A stretch of DNA of 64,000 nucleotides from Patescibacteria group bacterium (GCA_041650335.1 JBAZLK010000003.1:57765-121764), one strand, 5' to 3'. Shown: positions 1 through 8,479, numbered from the stretch's first letter. Notes: generated by a model not told the origin, from the letters alone. Numbers and translations are program-made.

Positions 1-27
1 CTGTCCGACCGGCAGTCGGCTAGAAGG

Positions 28-321
28 CTATGTCTGTTTGTCAGATTCCTTCCGCTGGGTCGCAATTTTCCGTCTGGCGTACACCGGATAGAAATACATG
101 ATCAGGCCAGTCAACGCCATGAGTGTGAGGATGCCGCCGAACCATGGGCTTAAACGGTTGTGGATATAGCGCAGCAGGCCGAGATCAATAAATGACAGCG
201 ACCGTGAAACAAAATCTGGATATTTCAATAATAACCCTGAGGTTGCCATGACAAGAATAAGGGCCGATATTAACAAGACGAGCAATCGATGAATTTTTTT
301 TGAGAGCAGAAAGTTATTCAT
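28..321 (-). CDS. small membrane protein, PepSY-associated TM helix-like
   Basis: 97 aa from the ATG at 321 (MNNFLLSKKIHRLLVL...). Two hydrophobic helices, each preceded by a His (KIHR, YIHN) and ending in SG/TG, as in PepSY-TM proteins. The ORF-track start at 465 overlaps the upstream gene. Confidence 0.6.
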   Translation of the reverse strand: MNNFLLSKKIHRLLVLLISALILVMATSGLLLKYPDFVSRSLSFIDLGLLRYIHNRLSPWFGGILTLMALTGLIMYFYPVYARRKIATQRKESDKQT

Positions 322-337
322 GGCCGTTATAAAAAAA

Positions 338-733
338 TTATTTGGCGTTTGAATTGTTCGTATCAAGAGCGCCGATATGATATGACGCCAGATCGACGTA
401 CGCCACCGATGAGTGAGCGCCTCGGCCAGCCTTTGTTTGGAAAGCTTGCGTCGCATCTTGTCCACAATGCGGGATGATGATGTCGCCGCCGCCCGGATGG
501 AGCTTGAGATACCTCGTCACGTCATAGACAATGCCCTGGATAACGATCCAGCAGTCAGCCGGAGTAGCATGCTGAGCGACAACACCGGCGGTAAGGACTG
601 TTTGGTTCGTATTTGAATTGCTTCCGGTTATCGGACCGGCCGCCTTGTGTCGATAATACCCCGCGACATAATAGCCGATGATTACCCCGAAGATGAGGAT
701 TAGTATCACCCCGATGACAATTTCTTTTCTCAT
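338..733 (-). CDS. membrane-anchored cytochrome b5-like heme/steroid-binding protein
   Basis: N-terminal TM helix; motifs HATPADCWIVIQGIVYDVT, HPGG, CGQDAT, HS. Confidence 0.9.
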   Translation of the reverse strand: MRKEIVIGVILILIFGVIIGYYVAGYYRHKAAGPITGSNSNTNQTVLTAGVVAQHATPADCWIVIQGIVYDVTRYLKLHPGGGDIIIPHCGQDATQAFQTKAGRGAHSSVAYVDLASYHIGALDTNNSNAK

Positions 734-778
734 ATGACGCAGTATATCATGCCGAATATTCTGAAACAATTCAATAAC

Positions 779-803
779 AAAACCGGATTATTTATCCGGC
801 TTT
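779..803 (-). terminator. intrinsic terminator after pnp
   Basis: GCCGGAT-loop-ATCCGGT hairpin followed by a T-run on the minus strand. Confidence 0.65.
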
Positions 804-818
804 GTCGTCTGCAGGTAT

Positions 819-3080
819 TTAGTAGCGTCGGTTCGCGCGCGGTCCGCCATGACCGCCACCGTGGCGATCATAGGGTCGGCGCGGCGGTCGCGAACGGGCA
901 TAATTCATCCGTTCTTCGCGTTCGGCCGGCGTTTCTAAGAGCGCTCGACGCGACAAACTGATGCGGCCGCGTTCGGCATCAACTTCCAGCACCTTTACTT
1001 TCATGGTATCGCCGACTTTCACCACGTCCTCGATCTTATAGACCCGCTCGCGCGCCAGCTCGGAGATGTGAACCATACCGTCTTTCCCGGGCAGGAATTC
1101 GACGATTACGCCGATTTCTTTGCCGGTGTTCCGGTCGCTGACGATTTGCGTCACCGTCCCTTCATACTCTTCGCCGATCTGAATATCGCGGGTGAGGTTT
1201 GTAATCCAGTCGATCGCCTTCTGTGCCATCTCGGAATTATGCGACGTGACCATGATCAAGCCGTCATCCTCGATATCAATCTTGGTGACGTCCTTGCCTC
1301 CGCAATTATCGATAATGTCGTTAATTGTTTCGCCGCCCTTACCGATGACCTCGCGGATTTTCTTCGGATCAATGCGCATCGAGGTGATGCGCGGGGCATA
1401 GGGCGAGAGTTCGGCCCGCGGCGTAGCGATGGCCTCAGCCATTTTATCGAGAATAACGCCGCGCACTTTTTTCGCTCGTTCGAATGTCTTCTCGCAAACC
1501 TCCAAGCTGATGCCGGCGCATTTCACGTCCAGCTGAACGGCGGTAATACCATCCCGTGTCCCGGCGACCTTGAAATCCATATCGCCCGAATGGTCTTCTA
1601 AACCTTGAATATCGCTCAGCAAGCGGAATTTATTTTGTGCTTCGTCCGACATCATGCCGATTGATATGCCGGCGACCGGTTTTGTGATCGGCACCCCGGC
1701 ATCCATGAGAGCGAGGGTTGAGCCGCAGGTTGAAGCCATCGAGGTTGAACCGTTTGACGACAGGACTTCCGAGACCACCCGGACGGTATACGGAAATGTT
1801 TCCTTGTCCGGCAAGACGGGCAGGATCGCTTTTTCGGCAAGCGCCCCGTGGCCGATCTCCCGCCGGCCCGGACCGCGCAACGGCGCGACTTCGCCCACGG
1901 AAAATGCCGGAAAATTGTAATGATGCATATACCGCTTTTTGCCGCTTTCTTCCATGGTATCGAGGAACTGCTCATCTCCCGGCGAACCAAGCGTGACAAT
2001 CGACAGCACCTGCGTCTCGCCGCGGTTGAATAAGCCGGAGCCGTGAGTGCGCGGGAGGATGCCGACCTCGACCGACAGCGGCCGGATGTCTTCGATTCCG
2101 CGGCCGTCAACGCGCTTGCCTGTTTCCAAAACCATCGTTCGGATCGCCCGTTCGAGTAGTTTTTCTACCAGATCCGGCGCTTTCAGCCGCATTTCTTTTG
2201 TTACTTCGTTATCGGCTTTCAGCTCAGCATCGAGGTCGGCAAAAAGTTTCGCCTTTTTTTCCTCGAGCCGCGGCTTCTCGGCAGTCTGGACGATATCGCG
2301 CACGCGGTCTTCGCAAAATGAAACAACTTTTTTCTCGAGCAAGAGCTTCGACTTTTCAGCTTCGTCATCAGCCGCGACTTCGACCACCATTTTCGGCGTA
2401 CCGACTTTTTGCCGCACCTCTTCAATAAGGTCAATGATCTTGCGCAGGTGTTTTTGACCAAAGCGCAGAGCTTCCATCATCGTCGCTTCAGGTACTTCTT
2501 TCGCGCCGGCTTCGAGCATGACAATCCTCTCGGCATTGCCGACGACGACGAGATCGAGCTCTGATTTTTCCCGGGCCGAATAGGTTGGATTTAAAACCCA
2601 TTCGCCGTTTATCTGACCGACGCGGACGCCGCTGACCGGGCCGTTCCAGGGAATATTGGAAATCGTCAGCGCACACGACGCGGCGATCAGCGCGGAAATG
2701 TCGGGATCGTTCTCCTGATCGATCGACAGCACGGTAATCACGACTTGGACGTCATTGCGGATCGTGTCTTTGAAAAACGGTCTAATCGAACGGTCGATCA
2801 AACGCGATGATAAAATCGCCTCGTCGGTTGGTCGGCCCTCGCGTTTAATGAAGCGCGAGCCTTTAATCTTCCCGGCCGCGTAGAGACGTTCTTCATAATC
2901 GACGAGCAACGGGAAGTAGTCGATGCCTTCCCGAACGGTATCGCTCATCACCGCCGTGGCTAATACAACCGTGTCGCCGTACCGGATGGTGCATGAACCA
3001 TTCGCTTGGCCGGCGAATTTCCCGGTCTCGATGGTCATTTTGCGACCGCCGATCTCGGTTTCAAATGTGTTGAGTGGCAT
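819..3080 (-). CDS. pnp: polyribonucleotide nucleotidyltransferase (PNPase)
   Basis: Two RNase PH domains (RLIDRSIRP, RREIGHG, SNGSTSMASTCG, GDMDFKVAGT), KH (IREVIGKGGETI) and S1 domains; 753 aa. Confidence 0.99.
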   Translation of the reverse strand: MPLNTFETEIGGRKMTIETGKFAGQANGSCTIRYGDTVVLATAVMSDTVREGIDYFPLLVDYEERLYAAGKIKGSRFIKREGRPTDEAILSSRLIDRSIRPFFKDTIRNDVQVVITVLSIDQENDPDISALIAASCALTISNIPWNGPVSGVRVGQINGEWVLNPTYSAREKSELDLVVVGNAERIVMLEAGAKEVPEATMMEALRFGQKHLRKIIDLIEEVRQKVGTPKMVVEVAADDEAEKSKLLLEKKVVSFCEDRVRDIVQTAEKPRLEEKKAKLFADLDAELKADNEVTKEMRLKAPDLVEKLLERAIRTMVLETGKRVDGRGIEDIRPLSVEVGILPRTHGSGLFNRGETQVLSIVTLGSPGDEQFLDTMEESGKKRYMHHYNFPAFSVGEVAPLRGPGRREIGHGALAEKAILPVLPDKETFPYTVRVVSEVLSSNGSTSMASTCGSTLALMDAGVPITKPVAGISIGMMSDEAQNKFRLLSDIQGLEDHSGDMDFKVAGTRDGITAVQLDVKCAGISLEVCEKTFERAKKVRGVILDKMAEAIATPRAELSPYAPRITSMRIDPKKIREVIGKGGETINDIIDNCGGKDVTKIDIEDDGLIMVTSHNSEMAQKAIDWITNLTRDIQIGEEYEGTVTQIVSDRNTGKEIGVIVEFLPGKDGMVHISELARERVYKIEDVVKVGDTMKVKVLEVDAERGRISLSRRALLETPAEREERMNYARSRPPRRPYDRHGGGHGGPRANRRY

Positions 3081-3086
3081 TGAGAA

Positions 3087-3177
3087 ATTCTCCTTTTGAG
3101 AATCCTCGTGACCCTCAGACTCCAGACTTTCATTAGAATGAAATGAAAAAGTCTGTTGGTCTGCGGGCCAAAGAGGA
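3087..3177 (-). promoter_or_regulatory. pnp 5' leader long hairpin (RNase III-type) plus SD-sequestering hairpin
   Basis: TCCTC/GAGGA, TGGCCC/GGGTCA, CAGAC/GTCTG, CAGACT/AGTCTG, TTCATT/AATGAA nested pairings; ATTCTC/GAGAAT overlaps the AAGGAG SD. Confidence 0.6.
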
Positions 3178-3194
3178 CGCTGTAGTTAATTATG

Positions 3195-3791
3195 TTAAGA
3201 CTTCGTTTTTGGTGTTGGTTGATTTGCGGGTCTCGACCGGCCAACATTCTGGATCGGTTTTACCAGACGTTTCAAATTGAACGGCCCACGATGGTTGCGC
3301 AGCAAATATTTCGATTCGTCAAGGCAGAGATCGGTGAAATCGTCCACGACTTCGGTGAGGCGTGTTGAGGCGGAACGGGCAAAGGCCACGACCTCAACTT
3401 GTTGGCCGTAAAACTTCAAATATTCAACGAGTGGAATAAAGTCTCCGTCGCCGCTGACGATCACGACCACGTCCAGCCGGCTGGCTAAACGGATCGCGTC
3501 GACGGCTACGCCGACATCCCAATCGCCTTTTTTCTGGCCGCCGTAGAAAACCTGCAAATCCTTTGACCGCACTTCGAATCCCTGCTTGCTCAGGGCGTCA
3601 AAAAAACTCTGTTCGTCCGGCGCCTCGGCTTTGATCACATAGGCGATTGCCCGAATGAGCTTTCGGCCGGCCACCGCGGTTTTTAAAATTTCGCCAAAAT
3701 TAACCTTTGAGTTATAGATATTCTTGGCGGAATAGTACATGTTCTGCACGTCGACGAATACGCCGACGCGCTGTTCTGGGTGTTTCATCAT
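3195..3791 (-). CDS. NYN domain (LabA/DUF88, PIN-like) protein
   Basis: VFVDVQN, KKGDWDVGVAVD, VSGDGDFIPLVE motifs. Confidence 0.93.
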   Translation of the reverse strand: MMKHPEQRVGVFVDVQNMYYSAKNIYNSKVNFGEILKTAVAGRKLIRAIAYVIKAEAPDEQSFFDALSKQGFEVRSKDLQVFYGGQKKGDWDVGVAVDAIRLASRLDVVVIVSGDGDFIPLVEYLKFYGQQVEVVAFARSASTRLTEVVDDFTDLCLDESKYLLRNHRGPFNLKRLVKPIQNVGRSRPANQPTPKTKS

Positions 3792-3809
3792 ATGTTTTTT
3801 GTCTTATCG

Positions 3810-3831
3810 AAAAAAGCCCGACTCAACGGGT
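3810..3831 (-). terminator. intrinsic terminator after rpsO
   Basis: CCCG-TTGAGT-CGGG followed by CTTTTTT on the minus strand. Confidence 0.55.
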
Positions 3832-3840
3832 ATGCAATAA

Positions 3841-4110
3841 TTAATGCTTGAGTTTTAACTTCTTGATGAGGTTTTGATAGCTCTCGGCGTTCTCTTTTTC
3901 GAGATAGCGGAGCAGGCGGCGGCGTTGGCCGACCTTGCGGAGCAGGCCGCGCCGGGAAGAAAAATCCTTTTTATGATCGCGCAGGTGATCGGTGAGCTGC
4001 TGGATTTCCTCGGTCAAAATGGCGATCTGTACCTCGGACGAACCGGTATCGGTTTCGTGCGTTTTAAACTTTTTGATGAGCTCTTCTTTTTTTTGCTTGT
4101 CGATAGCCAT
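3841..4110 (-). CDS. rpsO: 30S ribosomal protein S15
   Basis: [38 protein letters not shown]; 89 aa. Confidence 0.99.
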   Translation of the reverse strand: MAIDKQKKEELIKKFKTHETDTGSSEVQIAILTEEIQQLTDHLRDHKKDFSSRRGLLRKVGQRRRLLRYLEKENAESYQNLIKKLKLKH

Positions 4111-4197
4111 GGGGCGTTCCTTTCGCGTCCGCGAAACCCGAGTTGCGTCCTAACCTTCGCTCTATTCCCTGGAACAAAGCGGGGCGCAACCAAGGAG
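4111..4197 (-). promoter_or_regulatory. structured rpsO leader (candidate S15 autoregulatory RNA)
   Basis: GTTGCG/CGCAAC stem with inner GCTTTGTTCC/GGAATAGAGC; TTTCGCG/CGCGAAA hairpin; 5' TCCTT can pair with the AAGGA before the start codon. Confidence 0.55.
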
Positions 4198-4265
4198 TCG
4201 TACATTAATAATATAGCTTTTGCAAAATACCACGGCTGGCAGGACCTGTCAAGCGTCCCCGTGGA

Positions 4266-4305
4266 AGAAAAAAGGCGGTCTTAGGATTTCTCCAAAAGAT
4301 CCGCC
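4266..4305 (-). terminator. intrinsic terminator after the small zinc-ribbon gene
   Basis: GGCGG...CCGCC stem then TTTTTT on the minus strand. Confidence 0.6.
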
Positions 4306-4318
4306 GCTATAGCACCGA

Positions 4319-4480
4319 TCACGCGGAAGGAAGCGCACCAATCTCGAGCTGCCAATGATCGTGTCCGCAGCTTGCGCAGGTTCCGAACTCCTCCCCTTCG
4401 ATTTTGTGTACGCTCTCGCCGCACCCCGTGCATTCAAAGAAGCCGTCGTATGGAACAGTCTCTTCAGACGACCATTCCAC
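4319..4480 (-). CDS. 53-aa zinc-ribbon protein (YjzC-like), absent from the ORF track
   Basis: AAGGAGGT SD, GTG start, MEWSSEETVPYDGFFECTGCGESVHKIEGEEFGTCASCGHDHWQLEIGALPSA; two CxxC motifs; terminator downstream. Confidence 0.75.
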   Translation of the reverse strand: MEWSSEETVPYDGFFECTGCGESVHKIEGEEFGTCASCGHDHWQLEIGALPSA

Positions 4481-4520
4481 TATAATCTCACCTCCTTCAT
4501 CATCTGGAAGCTAGACTCTG

Positions 4521-5450
4521 TTAGAGGGTCTGACTCGTGAACTGCAGGTCTACCCCGTCCACCGTAAGAACGGCATAGCCTGGATGCCCCACGCCGAACT
4601 GTACGCCCCAGACCGCCGGCACAAACATCATCTCATACGGAACCGGTCCGAACTTGGCCAGCTCCTGGCTTGCCCTCAGCTTGGCATGGAAGTCACCGAA
4701 TACTACCGCCTTGATTCTGTCAGAGTAGTCCGAGATTCGTTCCTCAGAGATGACGTTCATCCGGTGGGTGAACAGCACAACCTGCTTTGGGCGACTGCTG
4801 GCGAGTGTCTCGGTGATGAAATCATTCTGCCGGCGAAGCAGATCCTGCAAGAAGGCGCTGTCCGAATCCTTGATCTGCCGCTTCCACCGGAAGAGGTCGC
4901 AGTCGATCCAGACGAACCGGAAGGCTTCGACTTCCTTCATGCCCCAGAGCGGCCCGGCCAATTCGAGCCAGTTGCGGATTGCCTCTTCACTCAGGTCACC
5001 TCCGATATCCCGAGTGATCTCAATCAGGATCTTCGACAAGTCGTTTCCCCAGCGAGGCCGGAAGAAGTAGTCGACTCCGTCGCGATATCCCAAGGGATGT
5101 TCTGACGGAACATGGAACAAGACCCGCCCCATCGATTCGCAAAGTCCGAGAAATTCGCCGAGAACCGATCGGCCCGCCGTTCCCTCGGCACCGCGTTCGG
5201 CAATGCCGTGGATTTGGTCGCCGAGCGTTATCAATCCGTCACTCTGCAGTGACGGATACACCCGCTGGAGCTTAGCGATCGCCCGTAAGTTCGTATGCCG
5301 AAGAAACCGGACGACCAGCCGGACAAGCCGTACTGAAACCCGTCTTTTCATCATCACAATCGGATACCACTGCTTGCGCAGCTGCTCTTCAGTGAGCTCA
5401 TCCGGATGATTCATGAGATGGGTGTTGGAAATGAGCACAAACCGTGTCAT
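4521..5450 (-). CDS. divergent calcineurin-like metallophosphoesterase-fold protein
   Basis: FVLISNTH (DxH-like), LITLGDQIHG (GD), VVLFTH, VVFGDFH (GHxH-like) in canonical order; GGAGG SD; TTGACA-N17-TACAGT promoter. Confidence 0.6.
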   Translation of the reverse strand: MTRFVLISNTHLMNHPDELTEEQLRKQWYPIVMMKRRVSVRLVRLVVRFLRHTNLRAIAKLQRVYPSLQSDGLITLGDQIHGIAERGAEGTAGRSVLGEFLGLCESMGRVLFHVPSEHPLGYRDGVDYFFRPRWGNDLSKILIEITRDIGGDLSEEAIRNWLELAGPLWGMKEVEAFRFVWIDCDLFRWKRQIKDSDSAFLQDLLRRQNDFITETLASSRPKQVVLFTHRMNVISEERISDYSDRIKAVVFGDFHAKLRASQELAKFGPVPYEMMFVPAVWGVQFGVGHPGYAVLTVDGVDLQFTSQTL

Positions 5451-5582
5451 GGATAACCTCCACCTCAGATCAAGTCGTGACGATCCATCTATTCAGCCAT
5501 ACCCAGGAAACACTGCACTGTATACTATTTTTTGTGTACTGTCAAGAATGATTAAACCTGCGACTGGAAAGGCTAAGTATAG

Positions 5583-5616
5583 AAAAACCGTTGACCATAT
5601 TCGTTGATCAACGGTT
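5583..5616 (-). terminator. intrinsic terminator
   Basis: AACCGTTGATCA/TGGTCAACGGTT stem then a T-run on the minus strand. Confidence 0.65.
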
Positions 5617-5701
5617 GGACGACTGGTGAAGACGGCAAGAGAACAAACGGTACAGCCGGAAACTCGTGGCGGCGCCAGGAAAACGTGATCGAACCCGACG
5701 G

Positions 5702-6025
5702 CTAGATGCTCGTCACCAGATCGAATACGACCGGGCGATCCCGCCTCTGGCCAGGATTGTAGGCGCACATGTAGGCGCACCCCTCCAGAAAAACGTTGCC
5801 CGGCATCCACTGGCCGCGCTCGGAGTTATACTGCACGGTGGCGCGGCCCTTGAACTCGCGGTCCATCCGGACGCACGTGAAATCGATCGAGTGCATCGCC
5901 GTCCGGTCCGTAAGATCGACCGCCTGGGTAGTCACGCTTTCGGCCCTGCCAATGCTTCTGGACAGCGCCGCCTGAGCCATTCGCGTGACAAGCTCTTTCA
6001 CTACCGTCGCATCGCTCTTCGGCAT
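5702..6025 (-). CDS. hypothetical protein (107 aa)
   Basis: GGGAGG SD before the ATG, downstream terminator, upstream TTGACA promoter. Confidence 0.6.
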   Translation of the reverse strand: MPKSDATVVKELVTRMAQAALSRSIGRAESVTTQAVDLTDRTAMHSIDFTCVRMDREFKGRATVQYNSERGQWMPGNVFLEGCAYMCAYNPGQRRDRPVVFDLVTSI

Positions 6026-6344
6026 TCCCTGTTCCTCCCAAAGACCCTCTCTTTTGGTTGACTGATGCGGCCATACACCATGCTCGAGCTCTGTGGAAGT
6101 ACCACCGAAAAGATCGAGAGAAGTAACGTCCTGCTTTAGCGCACGCGGTAGACGTCTCGTTCACTCAGATGCATAATGACCCGAAACTTGATTGAGTAAG
6201 ACAGTGCGACAACATCAGACCTTATAATATAAAAAGTGGTTTGTCAATAGAATTAATAGAAACTTCAATAAAAACGACTTGATAATCCGCCTTGCATAAT
6301 AGTATGTGACTTGCAATTTTATAAATGTGTCGTAAAATATATGC

Positions 6345-7301
6345 ATGGTCGCAAATTCCCTCACCCAATATATCAAAGACTTTCTCGACTACCTCGAAAT
6401 CGAGCGGAATTGCAGTCTGGCTACGAAACGGAATTACCAGGCTTACCTTGATCGTTTTCTCGATTGGTCGAAATTGTCAAAACCGCAAGACATCACGCTT
6501 GAGGTCGTCCGGCAATTTCGGCTCTATCTCAATCGGCAGGAAAACCAGAAAAAGGAAACGCTCAAAAAAAGTACTCAGAACTACTATCTTATAGCGTTGC
6601 GGGCGTTTCTGAAATACTTGGCCAAACGTGATGTTAAAACTCTGGCGCCGGAAAAAATCGAACTGGCAAAAATGCCCGAACGCCAGGTGACCTTTCTCGA
6701 GGGCGACGATCTCGAACGTTTTCTGGCTGCTCCGCTGAAATCCGACGAGCCGGCCATCATTCAAAAGCGTGACAAGGCGATCTTGGAAATGTTTTTTTCA
6801 ACCGGCCTGCGCGTTTCCGAGCTGGCCGGACTGACTAAAGAAAACGTCAATCTGGCGAAAGACGAATTCACCATTCGCGGCAAGGGCAGCAAGCTCCGGC
6901 TCGTTTTCCTCTCCAACCAGGCCAAGCACTGGCTGAAACAATACCTCGACAGCCGGGCCGATGTTTCGCTCTATCTATTTGTCCGGCACGATCGGGCGAT
7001 CAAGCGTGGTGCCGCGGCTTCGCCGCTCACCTCACGAAGCATCCAACGCCTGGTCCAGCACTACGCAAAATCCGTCGGCATCACCAAACGCATCACCCCC
7101 CACGTGCTCCGGCACTCTTACGCCACCGACCTGCTGACTGGCGGCGCCGATATCCGGTCAGTCCAGTCGTTGCTCGGCCACGCGTCAATCACGACTACGC
7201 AAATTTATACCCATATCACCGATCAGCAGTTAAAGGACGTGTATAAGGCGTTTCACAGTCGGAAACGAACGCCTGGCAAGTTAATTGACACGCCGAAATA
7301 A
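6345..7301 (+). CDS. Xer-family tyrosine recombinase (XerC/D/A-like)
   Basis: SAM-like N-domain (FLDYLEIERNCSLAT..NY), catalytic R (TGLRVSEL), K (GKGSK), HxLRH (PHVLRHSYAT), LLGH and Y (TTQIYTH). Confidence 0.95.
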   Translation: MVANSLTQYIKDFLDYLEIERNCSLATKRNYQAYLDRFLDWSKLSKPQDITLEVVRQFRLYLNRQENQKKETLKKSTQNYYLIALRAFLKYLAKRDVKTLAPEKIELAKMPERQVTFLEGDDLERFLAAPLKSDEPAIIQKRDKAILEMFFSTGLRVSELAGLTKENVNLAKDEFTIRGKGSKLRLVFLSNQAKHWLKQYLDSRADVSLYLFVRHDRAIKRGAAASPLTSRSIQRLVQHYAKSVGITKRITPHVLRHSYATDLLTGGADIRSVQSLLGHASITTTQIYTHITDQQLKDVYKAFHSRKRTPGKLIDTPK

Positions 7302-7326
7302 TTCTCGTATTTTCAAATCACAACTT

Positions 7327-7401
7327 GCCCTCGTAGCTCAACGGATAGAGCGCCAGCCTTCTAAGCTGGACATAGAGGTTCGATTCCTCTCGAGGGCACC
7401 A
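7327..7401 (+). tRNA. tRNA-Arg (anticodon TCT)
   Basis: GCCCTCG/CGAGGGC acceptor stem, CCAGC-CTTCTAA-GCTGG anticodon arm, GGTTCGATTCC T-arm, encoded CCA. Confidence 0.97.
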
Positions 7402-7421
7402 GTAAATTAAAAAATGGATAT

Positions 7422-7886
7422 ATGACCGCACCCGACTTACAAAAACTCGTCCAGGAAATCGTCGCCCAGGCGCAAAAACTGAAGGACGTTCGCACCGATG
7501 CAAAAGACGCACCGGTGAATTACGCCTGTGTCTTCGCCCAAAGCGATGAAGAATACTCCCGCCTGCTTGAAGTCGCTAAAAAGTTAGGCTTGGTTTTGAA
7601 CGAAACAAAAATGGGCCCGTTGTTCCAGATCAAGCCGCTGGACACCGCGGCCGGAAAACTTCAGCTCCTGAAAATCCGTCGGCCTGACGTGAATCGGCCC
7701 GAGCGGGGCGACGCGGATTTTACCGTGGCCGATTACCCGGCCTTTAAGGAAAAGTATCTTTCCCAACCCGGCTATAAACTCCTGCTTCGGGAACGATTTG
7801 AGATGATCGAGCTGGCTGATCCAAATTTTTCGGTTCTCGCCTATTTCTCCTACCCGCCGCTCGACCAACAATACCATCTCGTATGA
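7422..7886 (+). CDS. hypothetical protein (154 aa)
   Basis: Clean ORF with globular composition; its stop overlaps the next start (ATGA). Confidence 0.75.
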   Translation: MTAPDLQKLVQEIVAQAQKLKDVRTDAKDAPVNYACVFAQSDEEYSRLLEVAKKLGLVLNETKMGPLFQIKPLDTAAGKLQLLKIRRPDVNRPERGDADFTVADYPAFKEKYLSQPGYKLLLRERFEMIELADPNFSVLAYFSYPPLDQQYHLV

Positions 7887-8479
7887 GATACCTCTATGGG
7901 ATTATTATCGCCCTGATCGCCCTGGCGGCGTTCGTGGCGATCTGGACGCGCGCGTTTGGTCCCGCCGGCTCGATGTTGATTGTTCCAATCGGCATCGCAA
8001 TTATTTGGTCGATTGTCGCTTTTTTTGCCAGGCGCGGCCGGCTCGATAAACCGTATGGCGTCCGGCGCGTTTATCGCTCCCAAACCGTTAAGAAATCGCT
8101 CTCGGAAACAAGCCCGAAGATCCTATACTTTCAGCCTGACGAGGCGGCGGCAAAAAGGTTCGCCGTAAAATTAACTCAAGCCGGTTTTGACGTAATTCAC
8201 TTTCAAAGCCCCGGCGCCGATCCAGTCCAACTTGTCAAAAAGGAAAAGCCCGCCTTGATTATGGCCGACGTTATGATGCCCGGCCTGGACGGGCTGGAGC
8301 TGGCCCGGCAAATAAAGAAACAGCCTGAAACAAAAAATCTGCCAATCATCGGCGTATCGGATATCAGCAGCGAGGCCGTCCGTCAAAAAGCGCTCGCGGC
8401 TGGAATGAATGATTTTTTATCGCTGCGCCACCTGACAATAGATGAGATCGTGGTAAAAATTACCGAATATCTTCCCTAA
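7883..8479 (+). CDS. membrane-anchored single receiver (REC) domain protein
   Basis: Two N-terminal TM helices; PALIMADVMMPGLDGLEL and LPIIGVS...ALAAGMNDFL receiver motifs. Confidence 0.85.
   Translation: MRYLYGIIIALIALAAFVAIWTRAFGPAGSMLIVPIGIAIIWSIVAFFARRGRLDKPYGVRRVYRSQTVKKSLSETSPKILYFQPDEAAAKRFAVKLTQAGFDVIHFQSPGADPVQLVKKEKPALIMADVMMPGLDGLELARQIKKQPETKNLPIIGVSDISSEAVRQKALAAGMNDFLSLRHLTIDEIVVKITEYLP

Noticed and set aside
6345-7401. Tyrosine recombinase beside tRNA-Arg as an integrated island or prophage
   Set aside because: The protein looks like a chromosomal Xer, no duplicated tRNA 3' end (att) was seen in the window, and there are no phage or conjugation genes.
7318-7512. 64-aa minus-strand ORF
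   Set aside because: It is the antisense of tRNA-Arg and the next gene (WCPREESNL is typical tRNA shadow translation).
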